The notes: generated by a model not told the origin, from the sequence alone. Positions 1-8,898 are shown, counted from the stretch's first letter. The stretch is DNA of 64,000 nt from an uncultured Chloroflexia bacterium (GCA_963788235.1 CAWBFV010000007.1:1682-65681); one strand, 5' to 3'. Program-made: numbers and translations.

Positions 1-4
1 GGTG

Positions 5-110
5 GCGACTCCTTCCAGCGCATGTCCGGCGGTTCCTCGCGACAGCGCCTCGGTGAGCGGCCACACCGAGTCATGCGGTCGGGATGCTGTGCACCACGCT
101 ACACCCGGCC
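5..110 (-). repeat. Copy A of a conserved ~100-nt promoter/5'-leader-like element (partner at 5745..5848); it points leftwards out of the window
   Basis: Hand alignment to 5745..5848 shows shared blocks GTCCGGCGGTTC(C)TCGCGACAGCGCCT, GGCCACACCGAG, GCGGTCGGGATGC and CTACACC. It ends with GCGACT at the window edge, as copy B does just before its GTG start. Confidence 0.6.
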
Positions 111-136
111 TGTCCCCTGATTGAACGACGAGCCCG

Positions 137-1024
137 TTGGGACTCCGCCGTACTCTGCTCACGGGCGTGCGGCCGCCGAGCATGGGGAATGCCTTGCAAT
201 CGAGAACTGCCGGAACCTTCGTCATCCTGACGTTCGGGATCTCGTGGGCGATCTGGCTTGCGATGATCGCCGGCGGGGTCAGCATCGCGACGACCCCGGG
301 ACTCGTGCTCAACGTTGTCGCGACAGCCGGTCCGAGCATCGCTGCCGTGCTGGTGGCGATCCGGTTGGGCGGCGGCGAGCTGGCGCGGCTCGCGGCTGGT
401 TTCTCGCCGTCGCTGCTCAGGGCGCGATGGGTGGTCGTGGCCCTCGTCCTACCGCTGCTCATGGTTGGTGCTGCGATCGCGATCGCCGTCGGTGCGCTGG
501 GTGCGGCAATGCCGGTCGTCTCGGGTGTCGTCGTTGGCAGGATCGTCGTCGAGTTCGTACGAGTGCTCTTCCTTGGCGGACCACTCGAGGAGGAGCTCGG
601 CTGGCGCGGTTTCCTCCTACCGAGGCTGCAGACGAAGCGATCGGCGTTCAGCGCAAGCATCCTGCTCGGCCTCATCTGGGGCCTCTGGCATATCCCGCTC
701 TACTTCGTGCTTGGCACGGGCCAGTACGAGACGGCCGCCTCGGCAGGCGTGACGTTCGCGATCGCCGCCTTCGTCGTCTGGACGATGGGCCTGTCCGTCC
801 TGTTCACCTGGCTGTTCAACGAGACGGGCGGCAGCCTCGTCATCGCGATCCTGTTCCACGCCGCGGTGAACCTCGCCGCGTTCGTCCCGGCGGCGGTGGA
901 ATCGGCGGGGGCGGCCTCGTTCCTGTACCCGCTGATCACCTGGATCGTCGCCCTCGTCGTTGCCGCGCGCTATGGCCGCGAGAACCTGGCCTCTCGGCCG
1001 CGCGTCGTGGTCGATGCTCCCTAG
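137..1024 (+). CDS. CPBP family intramembrane glutamic endopeptidase (CAAX protease/Abi-like)
   Basis: Multi-TM ORF with EEELGWRGFLLPRL, WGLWHIPLY and FHAAVN motifs. The TTG start at 137 is uncertain; ATG at 182 is an alternative. Confidence 0.8.
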   Translation: MGLRRTLLTGVRPPSMGNALQSRTAGTFVILTFGISWAIWLAMIAGGVSIATTPGLVLNVVATAGPSIAAVLVAIRLGGGELARLAAGFSPSLLRARWVVVALVLPLLMVGAAIAIAVGALGAAMPVVSGVVVGRIVVEFVRVLFLGGPLEEELGWRGFLLPRLQTKRSAFSASILLGLIWGLWHIPLYFVLGTGQYETAASAGVTFAIAAFVVWTMGLSVLFTWLFNETGGSLVIAILFHAAVNLAAFVPAAVESAGAASFLYPLITWIVALVVAARYGRENLASRPRVVVDAP

Positions 1025-1039
1025 GAGTCCCGAGGCTGG

Positions 1040-1408
1040 CTAACGGCGTTCGACGCGTCCGGCGGCCGTCGAAACGGCCTCGTGATAGCGAAGCTGCGCG
1101 CTTGCTTCGTCCACATCGGCCATGGCCACCTCCGCATCGGCATCCGCCAGGTTCGCCTTCGTGGACTCGATGACGACCCGGGCGGCGCTGGCAGTCTTGC
1201 CCGCGGAGGCTTCCGCCGACTTTGCGGCATCGAGGGCTGCTTGCGCAGACTCAGCGGTGGCTTGGGCGGCCTCAGCGGCTTCCTTCGCGGCGGCGACGGC
1301 GGATTCGGCGGCGAGTCTGCCACGCCTGGCTACCGCGACACTCCGCTCGGCCGTGCGCCAGTCGTTGAGCGCATCGGCGGTGGTCGGTTCGCTCGGTCGT
1401 TCAGTCAT
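1040..1408 (-). CDS. Hypothetical Ala-rich coiled-coil-like protein
   Basis: 122-aa ORF with an ATG start and coding-like composition. It is convergent with the CPBP gene. No family recognised. Confidence 0.45.
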   Translation of the reverse strand: MTERPSEPTTADALNDWRTAERSVAVARRGRLAAESAVAAAKEAAEAAQATAESAQAALDAAKSAEASAGKTASAARVVIESTKANLADADAEVAMADVDEASAQLRYHEAVSTAAGRVERR

Positions 1409-1492
1409 AGGGCGTGCCTGCCATGTTGGACGCGTTCCCTTGGGGTGCTGGCAGTCTAGAGCGTCTTGCCTGACCCGGCGGATTCTGAAGTG

Positions 1493-2401
1493 TCAGTCTG
1501 GCGTGAGCGTCGAACCGAGCGGGATCCCGTCCGCGAAATAGGCGTGGGTTGACGAGTCGGTCAGCAGGTCGAAGGTCGATCCGCCGTCGTACGGCTCGAG
1601 CGCCGCGCTCGCGACGGTCGCGCCGTCGACCACGTCGCCGGGCTTGATATCGCCGAGCAGGCGACTATCGACCAGTGGATGCCCGGGTGACGCGCGGACG
1701 ATCCGGCCGTCGTCCAGGACGAGGCGCACGACTTCGTGGGTGGCTGGAACTCGGGTCTGGCCGATCAGGGTGACGTTGGCGACGACCCGACGGCCGTTCG
1801 CATCGATCGACCAGACCCGCATCCCGACCCTGATGTCCTCGACAGCGACGTCGCCACTCGGCGTCGAGATGCGGGTCCCGCGTGCGAGGCAGATCGGGCA
1901 CGGCGGCTCGCCTGCGGGAGCCTGCTGCTCGATGGCGATCGTGCCGTGCCCGTCGATCGTGCCTGTCGTGCGGCGACCCTCAGCCGCACCGGCGGCCGGC
2001 ATGTTGATGTAGTCGAAGCGGTAGGTGCCGTTGCCCGTGTCCTGGAGCGCGACGCCGTTGAGCTGTTTCCACGCCCGATAGATCGCGAGCTTCTGGACGT
2101 CCGTGAGGTCGGCGTGCGCCGGGATGTCCAGGTGCTTGGTGATCGCCGCGAAGGCGTCGGCGTCGCCCTGGACCTCGGGGAACCGTTGGATGGCGAGGGC
2201 GGCCTCGTCGGCACGCGCCACCGGGTAGAAGTCCGGGTCGCAGAACCACAGCGCACCGAACGTGTCGATCAACGAGTACCGAAGCTCGGCCATCGTCAGC
2301 AATGGCCCGCGCGTGGGGGTCGGCGTGGCGGACGACGATGTGGCGCAGCCCGCGACCACGACGGCCAGCAGCAGCGCGCGGGTGACGGCTGAACGAAGCA
2401 T
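1493..2401 (-). CDS. Lipoprotein with C-terminal Hint (Hedgehog/intein-like) domain
   Basis: ATG at 2401 follows GGAG. The signal peptide has a lipobox (LLAVVVAGCATSS). The C-terminal half starts CLARGTRISTPSGDVAVEDIRVGMRVWS, with SPGHPL and HAYFADGIPL blocks typical of Hint_2 domains. Confidence 0.75.
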   Translation of the reverse strand: MLRSAVTRALLLAVVVAGCATSSSATPTPTRGPLLTMAELRYSLIDTFGALWFCDPDFYPVARADEAALAIQRFPEVQGDADAFAAITKHLDIPAHADLTDVQKLAIYRAWKQLNGVALQDTGNGTYRFDYINMPAAGAAEGRRTTGTIDGHGTIAIEQQAPAGEPPCPICLARGTRISTPSGDVAVEDIRVGMRVWSIDANGRRVVANVTLIGQTRVPATHEVVRLVLDDGRIVRASPGHPLVDSRLLGDIKPGDVVDGATVASAALEPYDGGSTFDLLTDSSTHAYFADGIPLGSTLTPD

Positions 2402-2471
2402 CCCGGGTTGATCTCCTTGCGGTTTGCCGCCGGACGCAGGCATCGAGCATACGGTTCCGATGCACACGGAA

Positions 2472-2501
2472 ACGCGGCGCCCTCCGAAGAGGACGCCGCG
2501 T
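2472..2501 (-). terminator. Hairpin terminator downstream of the DUF378 gene
   Basis: ACGCGGCG-C-CCTC-CGAA-GAGG-A-CGCCGCGT stem-loop, followed on the minus strand by TTT. Confidence 0.55.
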
Positions 2502-2520
2502 CGAGGGAGTGAAGGCTGGA

Positions 2521-2745
2521 TCAGCGCGCCGGGTCGGGCGCGGTCAGCCAGCGGACGAAGGTCGGGATGAGCGCCACGGCGCCGACGCCGACCAGGATGT
2601 AGATGATCGCGCTGATCGCGTTGGTCTCACCGAACGAGTTGCCGGTGAGCGCGGCCACGAGATCGAACTTGGCGATGCCGATGAGCAGCCAGTTCAGGCC
2701 ACCGACGATCACCAGGAGCAAGGCCAGGGCCTTCGCGTACTGCAT
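2521..2745 (-). CDS. DUF378 domain-containing small membrane protein
   Basis: 74-aa two-TM ORF with the GGLNWLLIG and FDLVAAL pattern characteristic of DUF378. Confidence 0.85.
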   Translation of the reverse strand: MQYAKALALLLVIVGGLNWLLIGIAKFDLVAALTGNSFGETNAISAIIYILVGVGAVALIPTFVRWLTAPDPAR

Positions 2746-2798
2746 TGAGAGAACCTCCTGCTATGTCTCGCAGTCGCGATGCGAGACGCTTGTTCACC

Positions 2799-2886
2799 CT
2801 ATGTACAGGGTTCGATCAGGAATGTACGCGGTCGGGCAAGGCTTGTCAAGGGTTTGATACCTGATATCCTCAACAAAGGATGTACA
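2799..2886. promoter_or_regulatory. Candidate operator/promoter region with repeated ATGTAC(A) motifs between DUF378 and the CarH-like gene
   Basis: ATGTACA at 2801, ATGTAC at 2822 (21-nt spacing) and ATGTACA at 2880, which overlaps the start codon. The region is locally less GC-rich. Confidence 0.3.
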
Positions 2887-3791
2887 CCATCGGACAGGCC
2901 GCGATCCGCGCCGGCGTCAGCGTCCCGCTCCTCCGAGCATGGGAGCGGCGGTACGGGATCGTGCGCCCAGAACGGACGGCCTCGGGCTATCGACTCTATG
3001 ACGAGGCCTCGATCGAGCGCCTGCGGGCGATGCGCGAGCTCGTCGATGGCGGCTGGTCGCCGGCGCAGGCGGCGCGCCAGATCGAGGTCGAGGGCGTCCC
3101 GCCGGCTACGGCCGCGCTAGGCGACTCGGCGTCGACGGGCGCCTCCCCCACCCCGGTCGGTGGCCTGTCGGCCGCCTTCGTCGATGCTGCGGCCGAGCTG
3201 GACGAGCCGCGGGTCGAGTCGATCCTCGACGAGATCTTCGCGACCGGCTCGTTCGAGCGCGTGGTCGACGATCGTTTGATGCCGGCCCTTCGAGCGCTCG
3301 GTGTCGCCTGGTCGACCGGCCAGGTCTCGGTGGCGGCGGAGCATGCCGCGAGCCATGCGGTTCTGCGACGGCTATCGGCGGCATTCCAGGGGACGGGGAC
3401 CGGCGCGATGGGCCGGCCTGTGCTGGTCGGGCTCCCACCCGGGTGCCGGCACGAGCTCGGCGCGCTGGCGTTCGCAACAGCCGTGCGGCGACGCGGGATC
3501 GGCGCGGTCTACCTCGGGCCGGACGTCCCGCTGCAGAGCTGGGTCGACGCCGCTCGCTGGACCAAGGCCCGGGCGATCGTGATCGGCGCGCCGACCCACG
3601 AGGATCTCGACGCCGCCCAGGAGGTCGCGAAGATCGCCCTCGCGCTCGACGGTCTCGTGGTCGCGATCGGTGGCGGCGCGGCCTCGGACGTCACGCTGCC
3701 CGGCGTTCTGCGCCTGACCGACGGGATCGGCGCCGCGGCCAGGGCACTTGGGGATGCACTCGGGCCGGCAGGCCGTCGTCGCCGCGGCTGA
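2880..3791 (+). CDS. MerR-family regulator with cobalamin-binding domain (CarH/LitR-type candidate photoreceptor)
   Basis: N-terminal MerR HTH (YTIGQAAIRAGVSVPLLRAWERRYG). Wx9EH motif (WSTGQVSVAAEH). B12 His-loop PPGCRHELGA followed by YLGPDVPL and GGG. Close to my memory of Thermus CarH. Confidence 0.85.
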   Translation: MYTIGQAAIRAGVSVPLLRAWERRYGIVRPERTASGYRLYDEASIERLRAMRELVDGGWSPAQAARQIEVEGVPPATAALGDSASTGASPTPVGGLSAAFVDAAAELDEPRVESILDEIFATGSFERVVDDRLMPALRALGVAWSTGQVSVAAEHAASHAVLRRLSAAFQGTGTGAMGRPVLVGLPPGCRHELGALAFATAVRRRGIGAVYLGPDVPLQSWVDAARWTKARAIVIGAPTHEDLDAAQEVAKIALALDGLVVAIGGGAASDVTLPGVLRLTDGIGAAARALGDALGPAGRRRRG

Positions 3792-3798
3792 TCGGGGG

Positions 3799-4560
3799 TC
3801 AGCCGGTCGTCGCCCCGATCGGTGAGCCCGCCCGACCACGACGCGCCTCGTAGACGACGAACGCGGTCGCGACCACGAGGTAGATGGCCCCGGTCACGAT
3901 CCGCGTCCACGTGGTGTCGACCCCGGGGAGCAGGATCGGCGTCGCGATGTTGGCCGACCCATGCATCACCGTCGCCACGATCACGCTGAAGCGGGTGCGC
4001 TCGGCGACGAAGCCCATGACGATCGCCAGCGGGACCACCCACCACGCGAAGACCGCGAACTGGAGCAGGCCCGCGCTCGGCTGCAGGTAGATCGGCAGGT
4101 GCCAGAGCGTCCAGATCACGCCGGTGATCGCGCCGGCGGCCGCGATGCTGTATCGGCGCCGGAGTCGCGGCTGGAGGAACCCGCGCCAGCCGATCTCCTC
4201 ACCGATGACGAGCACGAAGATCAGCACCTCGATCGCGCTGATCGTCCCGAACCCGAGCGCCCCGCCGCCAGACAACAGGTGCGCCAGGCGACCCGCGGCC
4301 GCGACCCCGAATGGGATCCCGACGGCGGCGAGGTACCAGATCCACGGCTGGCGCCAGGCAGTGATCCGCTGGCGCAGCTCACCGAACGTGCCGTCGGCCC
4401 GGGTTACGACGATCGCCGCGATGGCTGGCCCGAACAACGCGAGCAACCCGAAGAAGACCGAGATCGCGACTAGGAATGTGAACGCCCAGCTGTAGGCGAA
4501 GGCGATCAGGACATAGGCGGGGATCGGCCACCGGACGATGGCATTGCGGATCGCGGTCAT
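3799..4560 (-). CDS. CPBP family intramembrane glutamic endopeptidase
   Basis: ATG at 4560 is preceded by GGAGGAGGG. Motifs EEIGWRGFLQPRL, WTLWHLPIY and HGSANI are present. The longer ORF to 4920 has a non-coding-like N-terminus. Confidence 0.8.
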   Translation of the reverse strand: MTAIRNAIVRWPIPAYVLIAFAYSWAFTFLVAISVFFGLLALFGPAIAAIVVTRADGTFGELRQRITAWRQPWIWYLAAVGIPFGVAAAGRLAHLLSGGGALGFGTISAIEVLIFVLVIGEEIGWRGFLQPRLRRRYSIAAAGAITGVIWTLWHLPIYLQPSAGLLQFAVFAWWVVPLAIVMGFVAERTRFSVIVATVMHGSANIATPILLPGVDTTWTRIVTGAIYLVVATAFVVYEARRGRAGSPIGATTG

Positions 4561-4604
4561 ATGGCGTCCCTCCTCCGACACGTCGCTCGTCGGCGATGTT
4601 GCGA

Positions 4605-5104
4605 TCACCCGTCGACCGCCCGTCCGTGCTGCCGACTCTCGTTCTCGGCCAGCCGCCGCTCGATCGCTGTGAGTCGTTCGAGTACGGCCTCGAGCGTCGG
4701 GACCGCCTCGTCCGCGTCGCCCGAGCATCGACGCCGGCCAGCTCGTCGGGGACGGGCAGGCCGCGCTCCTCGAACTTCCGGGCCGCGAGGGCCATCGACT
4801 CGGCGCGTGCGCCGTACCCGCGCCGGCAGCGTGTCCAGAAAGACGACCAGGATGACCGACGTCCACAGGACGATCCCCAGGTTCGCGACGAGCGTCGCCG
4901 CCAGTTCCCGTGGGATCCAATCGGGCATCGGCGCCGTGCCGATCCCGATCGGATACCCGAGGACATGCACGAACAGGCCGAGTGCCAGCGTCGCGCTCAT
5001 GGCAACCGCCGAGATCTTGCCGGACTCGCTCCAGGCTCGCGCCCGCGCGGGGTGGCGACGATCCAGTCGACTTCCTTGTCGAGCGCCCTCGATCGACGGT
5101 CCAT
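4605..5104 (-). pseudogene. Hypothetical membrane protein, apparently broken by about 3 frameshifts
   Basis: ATG at 5104 overlaps the upstream stop (ATGA). Sensible peptide segments lie in different frames: MDRRSRALDKEVDWIV, then MSATLALGLFVHVLGY...ILVVFLD, then MALAARKFEERGLPVPDELAGVDA, then ADEAVPTLEAVLERLTAIERRLAENE. Confidence 0.35.
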
Positions 5105-5741
5105 CAGCGCAGCTCCACCTGCGAGCCACCAGTCGTGTCGACTGGCGCGTTGGCGTTACCGGTGACGCTCACGTGCGAGCCGCCGGTCGCCGAGCCGGTG
5201 ACTGCGTCGCTCGCCTGGAGCTCAGCCCGACTGCCGCCGGACAGGTCCACGTCAACGGTCCCCGCGGACAGCCCGTCAAGCTCCGCCACGGAGCCGCCGC
5301 TGACACCGGTCGATCGTCGTTGCAGTGCCCGTCGCCGTCAGCACGGAGCCACCGCTGAGCTCGACCTTGAAACCGTCCGAGGCGAGCCCGTCGATCGAAC
5401 CGCGGGACCCACCGCTGAGGACGATCCCGTCCAACGTCGGGGTGGCGAGGATGACCTCGACCTGCTCGAGGTCGTGTAGCCCTTGGCACTGCGGATCCGC
5501 AGCGTGCCATCGGACACCTCGGTCACGATCAGCGGCAGGATGTTGCCCTGCGCGCGCACCTCGAAGGGTGACGCTGGGCCGATGCCGACCGAACGTGGAT
5601 CCCGGCACCGGTTTCGATGCGCGAGAACGTGTCGGTCTGGCGGGTCTCGCTCGTGACCGCCCCTTCGCCGCGGGTACCGCAGCCGGTCACGGTGCCGGCC
5701 AGCGCCACCACGGCGGCCAGGATGAGCGCTCGCCTCGTCAC
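5104..5741 (-). pseudogene. DUF2807 (head GIN domain) lipoprotein, interrupted by at least 3 frameshifts
   Basis: GTG at 5741. Signal/lipobox MTRRALILAAVVALAGTVTGC, then GIN-like segments in three frames: VTSETRQTDTFSRIE; FEVRAQGNILPLIVTEVSDGTLRIRSAKG; VEVILATPTLDGIVLSGGS...; VDVDLSGGSRAELQASDAVTGSATGGSHVSVTG. Confidence 0.7.
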
Positions 5742-5744
5742 TGT

Positions 5745-5848
5745 GCGACTCCCCTCCCCGACGCGTCCGGCGGTTCTCGCGACAGCGCCTTATGACGGCC
5801 ACACCGAGTTGGGCGGTCGGGATGCCGACTGAGCCTACACCTCGGGTG
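5745..5848 (-). repeat. Copy B of the conserved promoter/5'-leader-like element, immediately upstream of the DUF2807 gene
   Basis: Aligns with 5..110. Contains a TANNNT -10-like hexamer (TAGGCT; TAGCGT in copy A) and GGGGAGGGGAG before the GTG start. Confidence 0.6.
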
Positions 5849-5871
5849 TCAGGCCTCCCTTGGCTCGCGGA

Positions 5872-5901
5872 GCGGCCGCCGCGCGATCGCGCGGCGGCCG
5901 C
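5872..5901 (-). terminator. 30-nt perfect palindrome downstream of the phosphatase-family gene
   Basis: GCGGCCGCCGCGCGA/TCGCGCGGCGGCCGC lies 10 nt after the stop at 5912. There is no U-tract, which is common in high-GC genomes. Confidence 0.6.
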
Positions 5902-5911
5902 GATCTAATCC

Positions 5912-7657
5912 CTAGTGGCCAAGCCTCCGGGCCGTGCCGTCGACGGGGTCGGTGAGCGGGATGCCCATCGTCGCGAGGATCGTGGGCATGACGTCCGGGG
6001 TGTGGAACGGCCGCCCGGTCGCCGCCCCGAACGCGAGGCTCGGTGACCAGAAGACCATCGGCACGCGCTGGACCGATTCCTGCGCACCGCCGTGGTCCCC
6101 GTAGACGCCGTAGCTCGTCTTGTCGTGGAGCAAGGCGACGATGTCCGGACCGTTCGGCGAGGCCATCGTGTCGACGATCTCCTGGCCGTGGTCCTTCCAC
6201 CAGTCCTTCTCGGACTGGGTCATCTTGTTGGTGCCATACAACGCGTAGCCTGCACCGGAGCGGTAATACGTCGCGGTCGCGCCGGGCAGCTGCAGGGCCG
6301 CCGCGGCAGCTTCACGCATCTTGGCCGGCGATCGGTTGATCAGCCAGGCCTCGACCGCGGTCGACCCATACACGAAGGAGAGGTTGTTCGTCGCCCGGAG
6401 CGGCGCCAGTGCGGGCGACGGATTGTTGTACGGTCGTCGTGTCGATCATGGCCGCTCCCGATCCGGCGTCCCACACGCCGTTCGGCGCGTAGTACCAGTT
6501 CGTGTCACCCGCGGCCGCCGTGTTCTTGCCGTAGAAGTTGGCCCCGTACGTCGCGCCATGGTCCGCCGTCAGCACGACGAGGGTTTCGCCACCCTTCGCG
6601 GTATCGACGGCGGCGATCGCCGTCAGCAGCTTGCCCAACTGGACGTCGGCGTTCTCCGCTGCGCACTTGACGTGCGTCTGCTGGGCGCCGGTCGTGCAGG
6701 ACGCTGGAGCGACATCGGCGTCGGCGCCCCACATGTGCGCGGACTTGTCGATGGCCCCGAGCGTGATGAACATGCCAGACCAATTCTCGGCACCCATCAT
6801 CTCGATCGCGGCATCGGCCACCCATGTGTCCCCACCGAGATGTCCTGCCTGGGCCGAGGCGTCGGTTCCCGGGAAGAACCGATTGCCGTCCTCGGGATAC
6901 ATGAACGACGGGAAGGCGGCCTTGGTGCCGTAGTCGTGGTTCGAGTCGGAGTTGATAAAGAACCGCCCGCACAAGAGCGGATCAACTGCGTCGGCTCTCC
7001 GGATGTAGGTGGGAACGTTCTTGCCGACAGGTTCACGCCACCGGCCGTTGAGCCCGGCCCCGTCGACGCTCAAGTTCCGACAACCGGTCGGGTAGTCCGA
7101 CGTGACGTTCGTGCGCCTGCTGGACAGTCGAACGGCGATGTCCCCTGTTGCGGCCGTCGCCGACTCCACGGCATACGACTTCTCGCCGACCGTGATGAAC
7201 TTCGTGCCCGGGTACGTGCTGTGCAGGTAGTCGGCGAGCTTCGGATAGTCCTCGCGCGTCACGAGCGTGCCGAAATCGGTCAGGCTCAGGTCGCCCGTGA
7301 TGTGCATCGCATCGACGCCCTTCCCGAACACGTTCGCCGAATCGCGGTACGCCTCGTCGACCCAACCCATGTTCTTCGGGGACTTGCCCGAGGTGATCAC
7401 GTTGTGGGCGATCACGGTCTCGGACGCCATGTAGCCGAGGTACGCGTTCTTGAAGTCGGTGCCGGCATCGCGGATCCGACGGAAGTTCGGCATCGCGAAT
7501 TGGTCGGCGTACTTCGACAGCATCTGGTCGAACAGCACGATCACGACGCGGTTTGGCGCCGGCACCGCCGCTCGAACGACGGCAGAGCTGCCGGACAGCG
7601 CCGCGCCAGCAGCATGACGGTTGCCAGGACAGTGAACCGAGATCGTCGACGCGCCAC
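5912..7657 (-). pseudogene. Secreted alkaline phosphatase / nucleotide pyrophosphatase family protein with about 2 frameshifts
   Basis: GTG at 7657 follows GGAGGAGGAG. The signal peptide is split between frames near 7600 (MARRRSRFTVLATVMLLA | GAALSGSSAVVRAAVPAPN). The core is the ORF 6312..7565 (VVLTADHGATYG). The C-terminus is in another frame (5912..6373; GDHGGAQESVQRVPMVFWSP), with the break near 6375-6420. Confidence 0.75.
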
Positions 7658-7674
7658 GGATCTCCTCCTCCTCG

Positions 7675-8751
7675 TTAACCGGGCGTTAACCCGGTCAGCC
7701 TGTCGGCGAAGTCTAGGCCTCGGCCGTCAGCGCGTTGGGCCGTTCGCACAGGGACGGCCGCGAGGGGTTCACCTCGCGGCCGTCCGTCGCTAGGGCGGTG
7801 CCTAGGCGTCGCTACGGCTGAAGCGGGCAGCCGCGTGATCCAGTACGGGGTGGTCGCGGTCGGCGGCGTCGTGAACCGCGCGTTGACCACCCACAGCGCC
7901 CCGAGCGTCTTGGTCGCCGTCGTCGGCACGTCGAGGGCACCTGGGGTCGGTGCCTTGATCTCGCCGAGCAGCTTGGCGTGGCGCATGCCGTCGGACAGGC
8001 GCAGTACGGCGACCAGGTTGTTCATGTTGCGCACGACATACAGCGTTCGACCGCTGATCTCGAGCCCGTCACCGTTGGTGACGAGGTAGCCGCCGGTATC
8101 GATCGACCGGGCGATGCCCGATGTCGGGTTGATCCGGAACAGCAGACCGGTGTTCGACTGGACGAGGATCAGGAACCCGTTCCGGGCCGCGATGCCGTTC
8201 GCGTTGAAGCCGGTCGTGTACGTGATATCGCCACGCAGCTTCATCGTGTGCGCCTTGGAGGGGTCGAGCAGCTTGCCGTTCCGGCCCAGCGGGACGACCG
8301 CGAGCTGCTGGTTCACCGAGTCGGTGGCGTAGACGGCATTGCGGGCGATGTCGAGGTCGTTGAGGAAGCCCGTGCCAGTGAACGTGTAGGTCTGGAGCAG
8401 CTTCCCGGTGCTCGCCTTGTACACGCGGATCGTGCCGGTCGGACCACCGGCGACCCACAGTCGACCCCAGCCGTCGATGTGCAGACCGACCGAGACGTTG
8501 CCGGCCACACCCGGAACGAGGACGTGCCCCTCCCCGGTCCTGGCATCGGCCGTCCAGATCGAGCCGTCAGCGAGCGAGCCGGCATACAGGTGCGCGCCGC
8601 GCGATTCGATGCCCTCGGGCTGGAAGCCAGCCGGCAGGTCGATCGTGGCGGGCAGGTCGCTGGTGTGCGCCGAGACGGCAGGCGCAAGCGCGACCGACAG
8701 CCCCAGAACGAGGCCGATGATCGTCGCGAGGCGACGAAGGGACGGGGACAT
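7675..8751 (-). CDS. Secreted beta-propeller protein (SMP-30/NHL-like); the 3' end is doubtful
   Basis: ATG at 8751 with signal peptide MSPSLRRLATIIGLVLGLSVALAPAVSA. Repeated strand-like segments follow. The last ~55 codons look non-coding and contain the hairpin at 7753..7784. Confidence 0.6.
   Translation of the reverse strand: MSPSLRRLATIIGLVLGLSVALAPAVSAHTSDLPATIDLPAGFQPEGIESRGAHLYAGSLADGSIWTADARTGEGHVLVPGVAGNVSVGLHIDGWGRLWVAGGPTGTIRVYKASTGKLLQTYTFTGTGFLNDLDIARNAVYATDSVNQQLAVVPLGRNGKLLDPSKAHTMKLRGDITYTTGFNANGIAARNGFLILVQSNTGLLFRINPTSGIARSIDTGGYLVTNGDGLEISGRTLYVVRNMNNLVAVLRLSDGMRHAKLLGEIKAPTPGALDVPTTATKTLGALWVVNARFTTPPTATTPYWITRLPASAVATPRHRPSDGRPRGEPLAAVPVRTAQRADGRGLDFADRLTGLTPG
7753..7784 (-). 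terminator. 13-bp-stem hairpin (terminator-like) inside the annotated tail of the beta-propeller ORF
   Basis: GACGGCCGCGAGG-GGTTCA-CCTCGCGGCCGTC, read directly. Confidence 0.45.
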
Positions 8752-8898
8752 GGCAAACCTCGGGTGCGGCGGGTGACGTCCGGGCTCGTCGAGCCTAGGC
8801 CGGATGGGGTTGGCAGCGCAGCGCCGTTCCAAGAGGCCACCTTGCGTTGCCATTGCAGCGACGTATCACCTCGCGGGCTCGCTAGAACGGGAGACCGC

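Noticed and set aside
5745-5848. The repeated leader as a guanidine-III or ZTP riboswitch (it contains CCGGAC and ACCGCC strings)
   Set aside because: The resemblance is limited to a few nucleotides. The conserved pseudoknot partners of those classes are not present.
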